Of a stretch of 64,000 bases of DNA, positions 44,758 to 59,700 are shown one piece after another (the first letter of the stretch is position 1; each line of letters opens with the position of its first letter). This stretch comes from a virus. The stretch is from positions 16,458 to 80,457 of IMG/VR virus record IMGVR_UViG_3300026534_000035. One strand, written 5' to 3'. Position numbers and translations under genes: made by a program. Below the pieces are notes generated by a model. It had not been told where the DNA came from. It made no database searches and worked only from the letters and a program-made list of their open reading frames with translations.

Positions 44758-47700
44758 TTGGCTAATGACATTAATGTAAATTTTAATTTAAAAAACAACC
44801 CTTCTAACTTACCGGCGGCTCCTACTTTATCAGGAAACAAGCAGCTGGCTGCAACATTAGAGAAAATATTAGTTCCAGTTCTAAAAAACATTGAGCGAGG
44901 CTCATCTGATGCACTTAAACGTGCAATGATAGAGTATAGTAAATCTACGTCTCAAGGTGGGGGTTCTGCTAATTCCAAAGAATTTGAAAAAATTTTTAAT
45001 AGTAGTTTTAATAATTTTGGTAAAAGACTCGCTCGTATATTAGAACAGCTTATTTTACATCTCAATAAAGGTACTAGTCCACAACAATTTCAAACAGAAC
45101 TTAAAAAAGCTATACGTACTGAGGTAGATATAGCTTTAAATAAGTTTCAAAAGAAGGCCTCCTCTCATAATATAGGTATATCTACATCCCAGCAAACACA
45201 AGCAGCCGAAAAAATCACTGATGCATTGGTTAAAAAATACGATGCGTCATTAAGTGGGCATGTTGCGAAATTATCTGTTGCTATTAATGAACTTAAACAG
45301 CTGACAGAAAAAAGTATGCTTGCTATTAAAGAAGGAAAACAAGCGTATGAGAATAAAGATTTAAAGCATGCTGTTTCTGCTATTCAAAAAGGGATAGAGG
45401 TTTTACATCAAAAAGAACAAACACAAGCAGCTTTTAAAGAACTTAAAGAGGTTAGTAAGCAATTAGGCGAGCAGCAAAAAGATGTTGCTAAGCAGATAGC
45501 AGAAGGTATTAAAACTTTAAAGAGCACTGTAGATAGTAGAGCATATAGAGCTAAAAAAGAGATATCTAAATCTCCTGTTGAGGTTTCTACTGGAATTACT
45601 AAAGAAGTTATAACTGCCTTAAAAAAGATTCCTGGGATTTCTGAAAACAAAGAGCTCATTAAAAAAATAGAGCTTATTAACAACAATATAACAAGTATAG
45701 AAACAGCTGTTAAATCTTTTAAAGAGCTTAAAAAAGTAGTTGATCAAGCTAAAAAAACAAAATCAATAGATGTAGAAGAGTATAAAAAAATAGTACAGCT
45801 TTTTAAAGATTTAAGTACTGCTGGTGGAAAATTTAAAACACTTCCTAGACGAGATAGGGAAGAGCTTAAATCTCCAGTAGTAGAAAAAATGGTAGCTGTT
45901 GTAGCTAAGTATGATAAAAGAGCTCAAGCTCTTTTAGAATATATACATAGTATTCAAAAACCGACCGCCGAACCTTCTACAGTGTCTATAGCACCTAAAG
46001 GTATTAAGTCGATTGAGACCGCTGTCGAAAAGGGGATTGAAGAGGGGTCTAAGAAAAAAACTGCTGTTGATAAGGCAATGGCTGCTTATACAGCAAAAGA
46101 AATTAAAAATGTAGTAAAGGAATTTATTTCTGAATACAAAAAAACAATACAAGAAGCATCTTCTAAAAAAATAGATACTAAGTTTCTAGAAGCCGCATAT
46201 AAGTCAGGTAGTTTAAAAGGAGTAATTAAAAAGGCGACTGAAATTAAAGGAACAGAAAAATTAAGAGAGTCTGCTAATGTTTTATTAGGAATGGGTGACC
46301 AAAAAGACATATCTAAGGCTATTTCTGATATGTCTGATAAATTTGGAAGTATAAGTGACGGCTTAGACTCGCTTCAAGATACTTTAAAAAGAGCCACTAA
46401 ACAAGTGGAGGAGTCTGTTCCAGAGGGTTTGAAAAAGAAGGGCGAAGATGTAGCAGCCGGTTTAGAAGATTTAAAGAAAAGTATTGAAGAGAGTGTAAAA
46501 GCTAGTGATGGAGTCACAGAAGAATTAAAGAACATTAAACCGCCTACTAAGTCTACTCCGAAATATAGTTCTTCAAGAGATACTTTAAATAGAATAAGTT
46601 TACAAAAAAAACTACAACAACGACAAGTTACTGAATACCCTGAAACTTTAATTTCTCCTGATTTGGATATTAAAAAACTGTTGGGGTCTTCTTTAAAATC
46701 TAAAAATAAGTCTATATCCGAAGCCTCTAAAGAAATAGGTAAAAATGTAGAAGACTTGGCTAGTTCTTTGAGTAAATTACAAAAAGATATTGTAGACACT
46801 CTAGAAAACGGCTTACCTCGTAAAAAGAACTGGCATTGGGAAATAGTTAAAAGAGCTGGTGATGATATCTCTAAGTATTTTAAAGCCGCCGGCGGAGCAG
46901 GTGAAGCTAATGCTAAAAATGCTCGTTATTGGAAATTACAAATTGCGGATGTGTCGAAACTTAAAGAATTTTTAGAAAAAGGCTCAGACGATTTAACTGG
47001 TGTGGTTACACTAGTAAATGAAGCTAAAAGAAAATTAATTAATGATATTACTAAGTATAAATCTAATACGAATGATTTGGCTGAAGGAATAGCTGAATGG
47101 ATAAAAACTACTTCTGATAGAGAAATAAAAGAATGGGGTGATATAAAAAATTCATATGTGGCACACAGAAATAAACAGCTTAGTGTAATAAAGAAAAAAT
47201 ATAAGGGTGGCACGGTATCTAGAGCTATGATTGACGATATTAAGAAGACTTTTTCTGAGGATCTTTCTAATATCTTTCAGGATACCTATGCTACAGTGGT
47301 TGCTAATAAAGAACTCTCTTCTAAAAATTTAGTTAGGAATATTCACATCCCTGCATTACGCTTATCTAAGACTGGAACACCTGTTTTGGAAACGGCATCA
47401 GGAAGCCAACGTGCAGTAGCTGGTTTTGCCAAATTTACTACCGGTTTAGAAAAATTGTTTTCTAAAGTAGAAAAAACTTCTATACCATTAGAAGATATAG
47501 GAAAGTATAAAGAAGAAATTCAGTCTATTGGGATTAGACCTACTAGTGTTAGTGAGTTAGGAAAGGCTAATGCTGTTGCTGAAAGCATGTTTTCTGATTT
47601 AGCTAAAACTGCAAATCTTAGTGTAAGTGATATGAAGCAGCAATATAAAGAAGCTGCTATTATGAAGGGAGCGGAATTAAAGCGGCGCGGAGTTATTAAA

Positions 47701-50700
47701 GACGTACCTACCTATGTTAATAAAATTAGCGAAGCATTTGACAAATTTAAGTCTGGTCCAATTGATATTTTAATGTCTGAGATGAATAAATTAGGCGTTA
47801 GTGCTTATGATTTGGTCAAGTCTATGGATTCTATAAAATTTGAAAATGTGTATGATGTATACAAAAAGGTTTTGTCAGAACCCCTTCAAAAATTAGCAAG
47901 TCGTCCAAATAATAGTAATATCCGTAATTTTGAACAAGCTACAAGGCAGGTAGAGCAGTTGATGCCTTTAGCTCCTCAAAGTAGAGTCCGACGAGCTTAC
48001 CACCAGCAAAATGTTTTAAATTTAAGGACTTATACTTCTGATGTTTATAAGGGCTTAGGTTATTCTGAAAGGCAGCAACTTACTTCCCCTGATGCCCAAA
48101 AAAGACTGATAAAAGATTTAAACTTAAGATTTGATGAAATGTCAAAGGAAGCCAAAGTATTGAAACAGTCTGGCTTGTCTAGAACAAATGCTTTGCCGTA
48201 TAGAGTTAAGCAAATTTCTAGTTTGGGGTTGCCTGAGTCTCAGGCTGGAAGTATAGCTGACTTTACTCGCGGAAAAGTATTGTCTGAACGTGATGAGTAT
48301 GAAAAAGGAGTTAAGCATTTAAAAGTATTAGGTGGTATGGGTGTTAAGATGTACACAGAAAATCTAGCCAAGATGGCTCCTTTTGGTCAATTTCAACAAA
48401 TAGGTAGAAACATTGCTAGTACAACTAATGCTTTAACTTCTAATTTAGATAAAATAAAGAAATTACCTGGAGTAAAATTAGAAGGGGTTAGTACCGAATT
48501 TCCTACACTTAGGACTCAAAAAGAACAAGCACTTATTAGATCTGGAAGATACGGGACTCAAGGCTATGGATTTAATGTATTAACTGAACTAAGGCATAGT
48601 GCTTCCACCTTTGAAGATCAAATAGTTGTATCTGGTAAGTTGGCTAAGGCTCTTACTGCTATTGTTCGAAATATAGTTATGCCGAGTGCTAAGGGAAGAG
48701 CGTATAATAAGAGCGAGCTAGAAGAAATTAGTAAACCTATAGCCTCTGCTGTTGAGGACCTTCAGAAAAAATTAGTGGCTGATACTCCTATGAATAAAAG
48801 AATTGGTGAAGTAAGTCGTGTTTTTCAGAAAGTTCTAGGAGTAGAGCAAAAGTATAAGGGTCGCGCGGATAAAGCCCTTGTCAATGAAATAAAAGATACT
48901 CTATCAGTTGTCCGAGGAGAAGACGTAAATGTTCAAACGGCTAAATTAACTGAAGTGTTTCTTAATCACTTTGGTAGAAAGCTTACTACTAGATATGGCT
49001 CCAAAGGTGTTAGTATAGCGACTGAGGTTGGTCCTGATAAGTCGGACTACATGAAAAGTTTAAAACAAGTTTTGAAACAATATGCTAGAGAAGGCACTAA
49101 AATAAAAGTTCTGCCCGTTGATCAAGTTAAAAAAGGAGCAGGTTTAGGTGTAGCCGTTCTGCCGAAGTCTATGGGGGAACTATTAGCAGAGCTTATAGAT
49201 AAAAATAAAGATAAACTAATAGCTTCTGGTAAAAGTTCACAAGCAATTTCAGGATTAAAAACACAGTTATTAGAATCTGGTAATAAATTCATACTTGATT
49301 TATTTAAAGATGCGTCAAAAGGATTAGTTACTGAAAATGAAGCTTTAAAACAAGCTTCTTTATACAAAAAAATAAATGATATACTAAGATCAGTATATGC
49401 TGATTTTAAAGGGTTGCCGAGCGGAATTGAGGGTATAAAAAAAGTAAAAGAATTATACACTTCTAAAACAAAAGGTAAAGGAGAGTTGTATAAGGAAGTC
49501 CCAATCGATGTTAGGATTAGCTCTAAAGGTATAGGTAAGCGTGGCTTACAGCCCGAAGTCTTAGAGGCAGTAATGAATAATATTGTAGGTAGTGCTAAAG
49601 GGCCTACAACAATAAAATCTGATTTTGAGAAAAATAAACTATATCAAAAACTATTGGGTGGTCCTAAGACTCCTGGTCGTTTAAGTGTAATTAGTGAAGC
49701 ATTAGGATATAAGTCAACTGTTCCTGGAACATTAGAACAAAAACTTAAGGATCCTACAAGAATAAAAAAATTAGAAAAACAACTTTTACAAAAATTTGGT
49801 AAAGACAAACCTGATTTATCAAAATATGCCGCAGAATTAGAGGCACTTTCTAATTATTATGTGGATGTAATTGATGAATTGGGAAAACGTAGGAAAAGTT
49901 TAGTTGGTAAAAAGTTTTTGGAAATTGTTGAAGAGCCGGGAGAAACTCAGAAATGGACTAAGCAACAAGTAGTCAAAGCACAAAAAGGACTAAAATTAAA
50001 TATTCAAGCTTATACTGCCTATGCTGATATCTTTGGTAAGAATTCGGCCATAATGAAGGAGATTTCTGGTAAACAAAGTTTGCAAGCAAAAGAAGCTATG
50101 GAATATTTGAAAGCTTTAGAGGCCAGTCCTTATAGTTCCGCAAATAATTCTGATTTAGTGAAAAAATTAAAAGAGGGTTCTAAAAAGGTTAAATTAGGTA
50201 ATATATCAACTTTTGATTTGTCTACTGGTATGTTTAAACCAGGGTCTAATAGAGACTTAACTGGTTCAGTGTTTGATGTTAAAAAATTTCCTACTGCTTT
50301 TACTACTCAAATTCCTAAGACTACTGGTAAACCAGGAGAAACCGAACCTTTTTATGTTCCCGGCCCCCTGGCGCGAGGAAATTATCCCGAACCATTAATT
50401 GCGGGAGAACACGGGGTTACTACAATTGGCAGAAGATTACAGCATGTGATAAACATGGCAAAAGCTGCTGAAGATTTAATTAAATTGCCAAAAGAATTAG
50501 ACAAACAAATTTCAGTGCTAGAAGATGAGTTAGCTAAGCTACTTAAATCTGGTGCTAGTACAAAAGAAATAGACATTGTCACTAAGCATTTAGAGTCAGC
50601 TAAAGCTGAAAAAGCTAATTTACTTTCTGGAGCAAATGCTTTGGATGCTAAAAAAATTAATCAAATTGCTCCTTTAATTATTAAAAAAGTAACCAAAGCT

Positions 50701-53700
50701 TCACCAGAAGAAAAGGAACATTTTAGAAAAGTAATATCTGAATTTGTTGGTCAAGAAGTAGGTACTACTGGTTCACTTGGCGGTTTAGGTCCTGCTTTAG
50801 ATACTCTAGTTGGTCCAATGGCTGATTTAAATAAAGGGGTGTCATTGAAACAGGCCGTTAATATGGCTAATGAAGTAGTTAAAATTTTAAGTAAAAATGT
50901 TGGTCAACGAAGTAAAGAAGAAAAAGATTTATTGGATAGATTTAGAAATCTAAAAGATGTTGCTACTAATACCGCATTTAAGGGGCAAGATTTAACGTCT
51001 GATGATGTTTTAAAAAACGTAGCTACTCAGTATGCTAAGTGGAGCAAAAAAAGAGCTTCTGCTCCGACTTATTTGAGTCAGATTCGCAGTAATAAAACGG
51101 CTGTGTTGGACTTAGTTAAAAAGTTTGGAATTAAAAAAGATTTAGGGATTGATTTAGAGTCAGAGTATAAGAAGCGACTTCAATTACTTGAGAAAGCTAA
51201 AATTGATTATTATAAAGAATTAGCTGAAAAAGCTGTTGGTAAAAAAGGCGCTGTAGCAGAAGTTTTATTTACAAGGCATGTTCCTGCACAATTAGGAAAG
51301 GCCGTTACTGCAGTAGTTGATAAAACCAAGGAACTTAATAGTTTTAAAAGTTTTTTGTCTAAGTTTTATGAAAAAAGTGAAAAACAGTTGGGGCCTGATT
51401 TAGCTAAAGAGTTGGGAACAGAAGAAGAATATTCTAAGTTATCAAAAGAAATAGGCGACATATCAACTAAACATAGTGAAATTATTCATAAATATGTAAA
51501 GCAGAATATTCCCGTATTGAAGCAGACTGAAATAGGTATTCCTGCTTCGGCAGCAAAGAATATTCCTGTGGAATTTACTAAGAAATATAGAATAGAAAAA
51601 GAAGGCTTATTGAGCGAAGTACCTAAAGAAGCTCAAAAACCAACAAAGGGTAGTTTATTTGATTTACTGTCCTATAAAAGAAAGCTGGAAACCTCTAAAC
51701 GATTAACTAAAGACGTTGTTACTGGTGGTCCTGGTAAAGATGTTTCTCAGGATATAAAGAAATACATAGATAATGAGCTTTTACCTTATATTGAAAGTGT
51801 AAGATTTCCTTTTACTGGAACTTCGAGTGTACAGCCATATAAAGCTAAGCTACTTCCTTCTATAAAAGGCGAGGCTGGAGTAGATTTAACTAAGCATATT
51901 TTAGCTGTTCCAGGGATTCCTGATTTCGGCAAAGGTGGTATAGAAGAGTTTGATAAAATAATTCAACATCTTAAGGATAAGATAGAAAAAGCAAGTGCTC
52001 TTAGAGAACAAGCGTATAATGCTGGGGATGTTGGAAAAGCCCAAAAACTTACTGCCGTAATAGAGGAACTAACTAAAGCTATTTCTGCAGTTATTCCTAA
52101 ATATACAGCCGTGCAACAAAAGCTGGATTTTGATGGCGACCAAATAGAAATCCATAGTGCTGTAACTGAAGCTGCTAGAAAAGATATTAAAAAGCATTTT
52201 GAAAGTTTGAGCAAAGATGTAGATAGTACAGCAGCCAAGTTTAGAGATGCCTTTACCTATGACCCCACAAAAAGTGATGCTCCCGGAGGTAAATACACTT
52301 TAGCTGAAATGGCGGCCGCTTTTGAAAAGAAATTTCCTGCTAAAAAAGGTTTTGAGTTTTTAAAGAAGCCCTTTTTGACGTCAGATTTAAAATATATTTC
52401 CCCTCAAAAACAACTATCTATTTTGTCAGAGCAGTTACAAGGAAATGTAAAAACTGTTTTGGAAAATGTTATAGAGAAAAGCGTGATAGGTGTTAATGAG
52501 AAAGGTATTTCAAATAAAGAACTTATTAAAGAGGCTATCAAGGCTGTACCAGAATCTAAGGATACACTATCTTATTCAAAAGCTTTATTGAATGCTATCA
52601 AGAAGTTAGACTCAGACATTAATAAAAGTTCTGGTAAACCTAGTAATTTAACTAAGATGGTCACTGGTGGTGTTGCAAATAGCCTATATGAAACTAAATT
52701 TAAGAACGCTATTGAAGCGCAATTATTTAAAATTCATACGGGGCCTGAAACTGAAGCTATTACTAGAGTTCAGAAATTTGCCAGCGCCAGAACTTCCTTC
52801 CCTAAAGGTCCTTTAACAAAAGTTGGGGTAGATTTTAAGAAAGAGTACATTACTCAAATGAATGAAATGTTAAGGTTCGCTTTACAGAAAGGAATGGATG
52901 TAAAGCATGCTGGAGCAGGTACTGTTTCTGGAGATATAGTTAAAGGGCTTACTAGTGGTAAAGAGGGTTTAAAAACTCTTTTGGAGAAAATAGGACTAGT
53001 TGGTAATAAGCCTTCTGAAGATTTTAAAGGGCTAAAAGAGTTTGCGGATATAAATGCAAAAGCTATAAGAAATCAAGTAGGTAAATTGACCAATGAAGAA
53101 GTTTTAAAGCAGGCTCAAGAATTGGTGCCGGAAAAAGACTTGTCGAATAAAAGCAGGGAAACATTAACTCAAATTATTGTAAACAAATTGGGGTTTAAAG
53201 GGTTTTTGGAAGACCTTCAAAAGGGAATTCATCAAGAGGTTTATAAAGCCCTGCTTGAAGAAGCTAAAAAAATGCCAGCCTACCAAAGAAAGGGCAAGCC
53301 TGTAGAGCAATATGCTACGGAAAAACTTAATCAATTAACTACAGATAAACGTGCAGATTTACTTAATAAATATTTTATACAAACTAAATTGCCGTTGTAC
53401 GGAACTCGCACATCCACTGCTACAGGTGTTGGTCAGTTACGAGAGATAACCCGTAAATATGGCAAAGAGGCTATAAGTGTTCCTAATTTAGAACTACCTA
53501 AAAATGTAAAAAATGATTACGTGGAGAAATTTAAGATAGCTGCAGCCACTGCTCAAAATGTGCGTGAAAAAATAGGACAGTTTGGTTCCGAAGGCATTTC
53601 CGGTCCTTTTTCTGATATGGTAAGCACCAGTATAGATGCTATCTATAATGAACAACGCAAAGTAAATAAAATTGCACAGAGTATACAAGGAACACCATAT

Positions 53701-56700
53701 GAAAAAGTAAGTAAAAAAGTAGAGGATTTAGCGGACAGGATTGTTAATGAAAAAGGCATTCCAGAGTTTGCTAAAAAGCTGTTTTATGGTAAAGGAAACC
53801 TATCTCCCAAGTTTTTGAAAAACATGGAATCTCAAGTAGAGGATTATACTCGTTTAGCTGGTTTGCCAAATTTGGAGGTTGGAGAAAAACAACGTGTTAG
53901 AGATGTGTCTATTTCAAAGTTCTCTAAGATTTTAAGAAAACAAGTCCCTGAACTTGATGAAAATCAAATAAAAGACTATTCCGAACGATTATCTCGAAAA
54001 GCCATTGCTCTTTACAAATTAGACAGAGCTATGACTGCTTTTGTAGAAAAGGCCAAATCTGGGGCTTATATCACCGATTTATTTCCTTCAAGTGAAGATA
54101 GAAAGCTTGCTGCCAAAACAGGGATATCCTCTAAGAATTTAATACGTGATAATATTAGTAAGCAAAAAGAAGCTTTAAAAAATGTTCAGGCTTCGTATTC
54201 AAGTGCTGAAGAGAGTGCTGAAAAGATTAGAGAAGGTAAGCGTAGAGCAGGTGTTTTCGGAGGCGGCGGAAATTTTGGCGAAGGAGTTCCTGGAGGAACT
54301 ACTGGTATGCCTTCTGGCGGCGGTGTTGTTCCGGTTTATATCGTGGGTGTTGCTGAGAATGTCGGTAACATAATTTTTACTCGCGGCGGCGGACAGCAGG
54401 TAACCCCACCATCTGGGCTGGCTGGACAATATGCAGAACCTAAATTATATAATGTTCAGAGATTAAGAGATTTAGCTAATAAAGCCTCTGGCAATATAAA
54501 TATTATGAAGGGTTCTGATTTTGGTAGTATTTATAGAGCAAGTGCTTTTCATGGCGGAGGACCTTATTTAGGTGAGGGTAAAGGAAATGTAAGTGACTTT
54601 GAAAAATCAGCTAGGGTGAATAGATTACAAGTTAAAGCTATGGTGAAAACGATGCTTGGTGCACAAGCACCAGCTACTTCACCTAAGGGACAATTATTAG
54701 AGTCTTCTGCTATTTTAGGCACCGGTCTTCATTCTAAAATTGAAAAATATATGAAGGATTTGTATGGGGACAAAGCAGAGTTTGAAAAAATGATTGTTCT
54801 CCAGAACAAAGAAATCGGCACTATAACTGGACACATAGACGCTGTAATAAAAGAAGGTGATAAATATAAAAAAGTTATAGACGTAAAGACTGTATCTGCT
54901 AGTAGAGTCAAGGATATTGGGGCTGCCATAAAACGAGCAAAAAGTTCTAAATACTCAGATATAAAGAATTTAATTAAGGACTATGAGTCTCGTAGAAAAT
55001 TAGAAGAAGTTGCTTCTCAGTTAAATATTTATTTGAAAGCATTGGGTACCGATTTGGAAGCAGAGGCCCAATTCTATAACAGATTTAAGCCCGAAGCAGG
55101 TCCTACTATAGTCAAGTTTAAATTTGATCCAGCACGTTATAAAAGAGATATAGCTAATGTTAAAAGGGCACGTGAGGCCATTGTTGCTTCTGGTGCTAAG
55201 TTTGCTAAGACTGCATCTTTAGAAGAAGTTAAATCTGCTAAACCGCAAGAATTGACTAAAAAAGAAGAGGAGTATTTAATAAATGCAGGTAAATCTTATT
55301 TTATAGATTCTGTAAGGAAGCTAGCAGAGAAAAAGCACGGTAAAGCAGGCAGTGCTAAGTTTAGTTCTGTTGAAGATATTAAAAAAAGAATAAGTATTGA
55401 AAAAACAAGACTTGGGTATCACTCTATGGCTACAGGCCCAAGTATTGAAGAAATTTTAAATCCACCTCCTGTTATTCCAGGCACTGGCGCTAAAGTAGAG
55501 TTTCAAAATCTTAGGAATTTACATGCTATAACAAAGGCCTTCCAACAACAACAGGGTTTTGAGGTGTCTAAGTCTGGTATGAGAGGCCTTCCTACTGAAA
55601 TTCAAGACATGTTAAGAAGTGTGCAGGCTTCTGGCCCCAAAGGCCCAGAATTTACAGATCTTATTAATAAACTTAAAGATGCGGGCGTGATGAAACATAA
55701 AGATGTTTTTAAGTCCTGGCGTTTATATAAGATTGCTGTAGGGGATTTCTTTGTTAAAGAGATGGAAAGGGCGCAGAAAGATATTAAATATTTTAAGGAA
55801 GCCAATGATTATACTTCTGCTTTAAATGCTGCAGGTAAATTTAAACGAAATTTAAGTCAGATGCAGGGATATATTAGACAAAATATAGGGAAGCCTACTG
55901 ATATATATACTCATAATAAGCGATATTTATATCCCGGTTTGGCCAAAGCGGCCGGAGTTTATGTTAATCCTTCTGATGTAGCTAAGAACGTTACCGCTCC
56001 AATTGGTGATGACGCCAAACTTATGAAGATTTTTAATACAGTCACCAAAGATTTATCAAATCAGAAAGAAATGTCTACTCCAATAGAAAAGGCCAGAGAT
56101 GTTTTAAGATCACTAGGTAATTTAGACGAGAATGTGGTAAAAGTCCTCACTGATGCTGAAAAACTGAAACGAATGGGCACAGAAGTTATACAAGCATGGG
56201 ATGTTAATAAAATCTCTGAGAATTTAACTAAATTAAGAACTGCCTTAGAAGGTTTTGCTAAACAGAATCTTACGGAAGACTTTGAGGCTCCTCAAAGAAA
56301 AAATCTTGAGTTAACGATTAAGCTACTCAAGCAAGTTGAAGATAAATTTGCTTTAATAGGTCATCAGCGGAAACGTGATTTTTCTGGTAATTGGGGAGAC
56401 ATGGGTTTAATTCCAGTTCCTAAATTCGAAACCCCAGATGTTCAAAGAGCCATGCACGAAACTAATTTAAGGAGGGTTAGACAATATTTTAATGTTCCTG
56501 AAGCAAAAGGCGGTCCTAAAATAGGACAGTATTTTACTTACCATGAAAAAATCAGTGATGCTACGGGGAATGTTATAACCAATAAAGCTTTCAATTTCAA
56601 AAAGCAAGGAGAGGCTTTGGATAGGCTAGGTAGGAAATATAGTGTAGTGTCTGAAAGCATGGTTGACCTTATTAAGCGAGGGCAAGATTATAATAGAACC

Positions 56701-59700
56701 ATGTCTGCAGCTATAGGCAGAGCTGCTAGGTGGGGAGCAGCATCTACTATTGTTTATGGTGGCGCTAGGAAGTTATTAGATACCATTAAATTAGTGGCTG
56801 ATGTTGAGACTGAGATGTCTAAGTTGAGAATGGTAATGAACTCTGTTACTACTGATTTTGGTAGAATGGAGAAATCAGCTATAGAGATGGCAAAAGCATA
56901 TGGTGTGCCTATAAAAAATGTATTAGAAGGTATGCGTATTTTTGCTCAACAGGGTTTGAAACAGTCTGAGGTTATAGATAAAACACGTACAGCAACTCTG
57001 GCAGTAAATGTTACTACATTAAATGCTAAAGATGCTACAGAAGCTCTTACTGCGGCTACTAAAGCTTATGGGAAGGAAGGGCAAAGTGCTCTTAGGTTTT
57101 TGGATTCATGGTCAGAAGTAGAGGCTCGTCACGCTATTACAGCAGCTGATATGGCAGACGCCATTAAAAAATCGGCTTCAGCCGCAAAAAATGCCGGCTT
57201 TACTTTTGATCAACTAAATGGAATTGTAGCAGCTATTGGATCTACTACACGACAAACAGGTAAAGAGATTGGAACTTCTACTAGATTTATTTTTAGACGG
57301 CTGACTTCTGATAGAGGCCCAAAAGCGTTGGCCAAAATAGGAATTCCAACTGTTACTGGTACAGGGGAACTTAGAAAAGGATTTGATGTCTTAGATGATT
57401 TAGCTAAAAAATGGGACACTTTAACCCATGCCCAGAAAATGAATATTGCTCAGGCTGTTGGTGGCACCCGACAATATAACTCGGTTTTGGTTTTAATGGA
57501 TCATTGGGATGAGGCATTACAAGCTATAAAGCATAGTACAGATTCAAAGGGTTCAGCAGAAAGACGAAATGCTGAAATAATGAAAACCTATACTAAGCAG
57601 CTTGAACAAATGAAACAAACTGCTTCTGAGACAGCCATTCAATTTGGAAAGTTATTTTTACCCTTAGCTAAAACAAGTGTTAAGGGAATAAAAATGTTTT
57701 TGGAAGTTATTAATTCTATTCCAACAAGTATTAAATTTGCTATGGGTGCCGCGGTTGCTTTTATGGCTTATTTAGCAAAAGGGCACACACTTATTCAGAA
57801 TTTAGTAGACTCTTTTAGATCAGGCGAAGTAGCTCTGTCTGGGTTTTTTAAAGCTATGAAAACTGGTTTTAAAGTAGGGATGTTTGAAGTATTTGGTTTC
57901 GGTAAGAAAAATGATCCATTATTGAAAGGATTACACACTATAGGTGATACTATTCAAGGTGCTTTTGGTAAAAAACAAGGGATGACTTTGAATAATTTTC
58001 AATCATCTCTTGGTAAACTTGGATATGTTGCTACAGAAGTATCAAAAGCATTCAATAAAATGGTTATAGGTAACACTTTAAGCGGAGCTGCTACAGCTAC
58101 TGGTTTGGCTGGTAAAGGGTTTGAGAAAACAGGTAAATTTGTAAGAAATACTTTTGGTGTAGAGGGTTTTACTAATACAATCAATGCTGCCCGCGCGGGG
58201 AAAGATATTCTAACATCTAAAGGGGCTTTTAAGGCAATTAGCGAAGGCGGACTTTCAGGATTAAAAGATATTTTTGGTGGAGCTATGGGTATTGGTGCGG
58301 AATTTGTTGGAATGTCATCTACTCTAGTTGGTAAGTTTTTGGATTATTTGAGTAAGAAATTAGGTGTTGCTGCTGGTGCATTCATAAAGAAATTTGCTGC
58401 TGAGAATACAACCTTTATGAAGGCCGTAACTCCTATGGTTGCTACAGTAATGGCTATGTATCCTGCTTTGAAAGGAATTGCTCATTACTGGAGAAAAATG
58501 ACAATGTCTGCTCAGGATTACGAGAAGGCATTGTATGCATCTATAAGAACTAATTCTGAGCAATTAGATGCTCTAAAGAAAATTAGTTACGAATATAAAT
58601 CAATTGATAAATTGGTACATAAAGCTAATTTAGCACGTAAGCCACAAGTTAAAGCTGAACAAATGCGACTTGGTACTTATGTTGATCCATTAGTAACTAT
58701 GGGAAAGGTTCAGGTTAGGTTGGTAGATGTTAATAATAGACTAGCAAAAGCTAATAGTAGTTTAATAGTGGGATATGACCAATTAGGAAATGCAGTTTTT
58801 AAAGCTAGAGGAAATGTTGAAGACTATATAAAAACACTTCAAAAAGTGAGGACTAAGAAAGGTTTAGAAACCTCTATGGAAGTGTTAAGTAAGTATGTCC
58901 ATGATTTGTCCCAAACAGGAGGGTTTGAAACAGCTAAAAAAGTTATTAAGGATTTACTTGAGGAAGTTCCTGTTGTTGGAGAGAAACTGGCTAAACCAAT
59001 AAAACTGTCTCCCATTAAAGTGGTTGAATTGGCAGTTAAAAAGCTTAATAGACTAGTAGCAATTAAAAATAAATATCCATTATCTAATGCAGTTGACTCT
59101 GATATAAAACGTTTACAAGAAAAATTGATAGCTGCTAAAAAAGCTTTAAAAACCACTTATGAAGGGATGCAGAATGTATTTAAAAATAGATTGGATTTTA
59201 CTGGATTAAGTAGAAAAGAAATAGAAAGTATACTTAGTTCTAAAGTATTTAAAGATGCTTACAAAGTAATGATTAAATTAGATCCTCAATATCAGATAAA
59301 AGGTATTAAGGGTCAAATAACGGCTGGGGATCTTCAAGGGTCAGAAATTCTAAAACAAATTTTTCCTAAAATTTCTGGAATGATAGGGCCACGTAAAAAT
59401 CTTACGGAGGCTTATTTAGCTCAAGCAGGAATTAGTGCTAGACGGCCTAATAAACAAGGAAAGATTATGGCTCAGTCTGGAGATATTGTTACTTTAACTG
59501 GTCCTGGGGAACGTATGTTAAGTGCTGCGGGTGGTCAAGCAGTGCTAGAATTTAAGAAAACTGCTGAAGGTATTGGCAGGTGGTTGTTGACCTATGTAGA
59601 TAAGAAAACAGGAGAAATTAAAAGTAAGCCTTTTAATGCTATGACACAAATAGCTAATGTTGAGAAAATTTTTCCTACATTTAAAGCACAACGAGACTTG

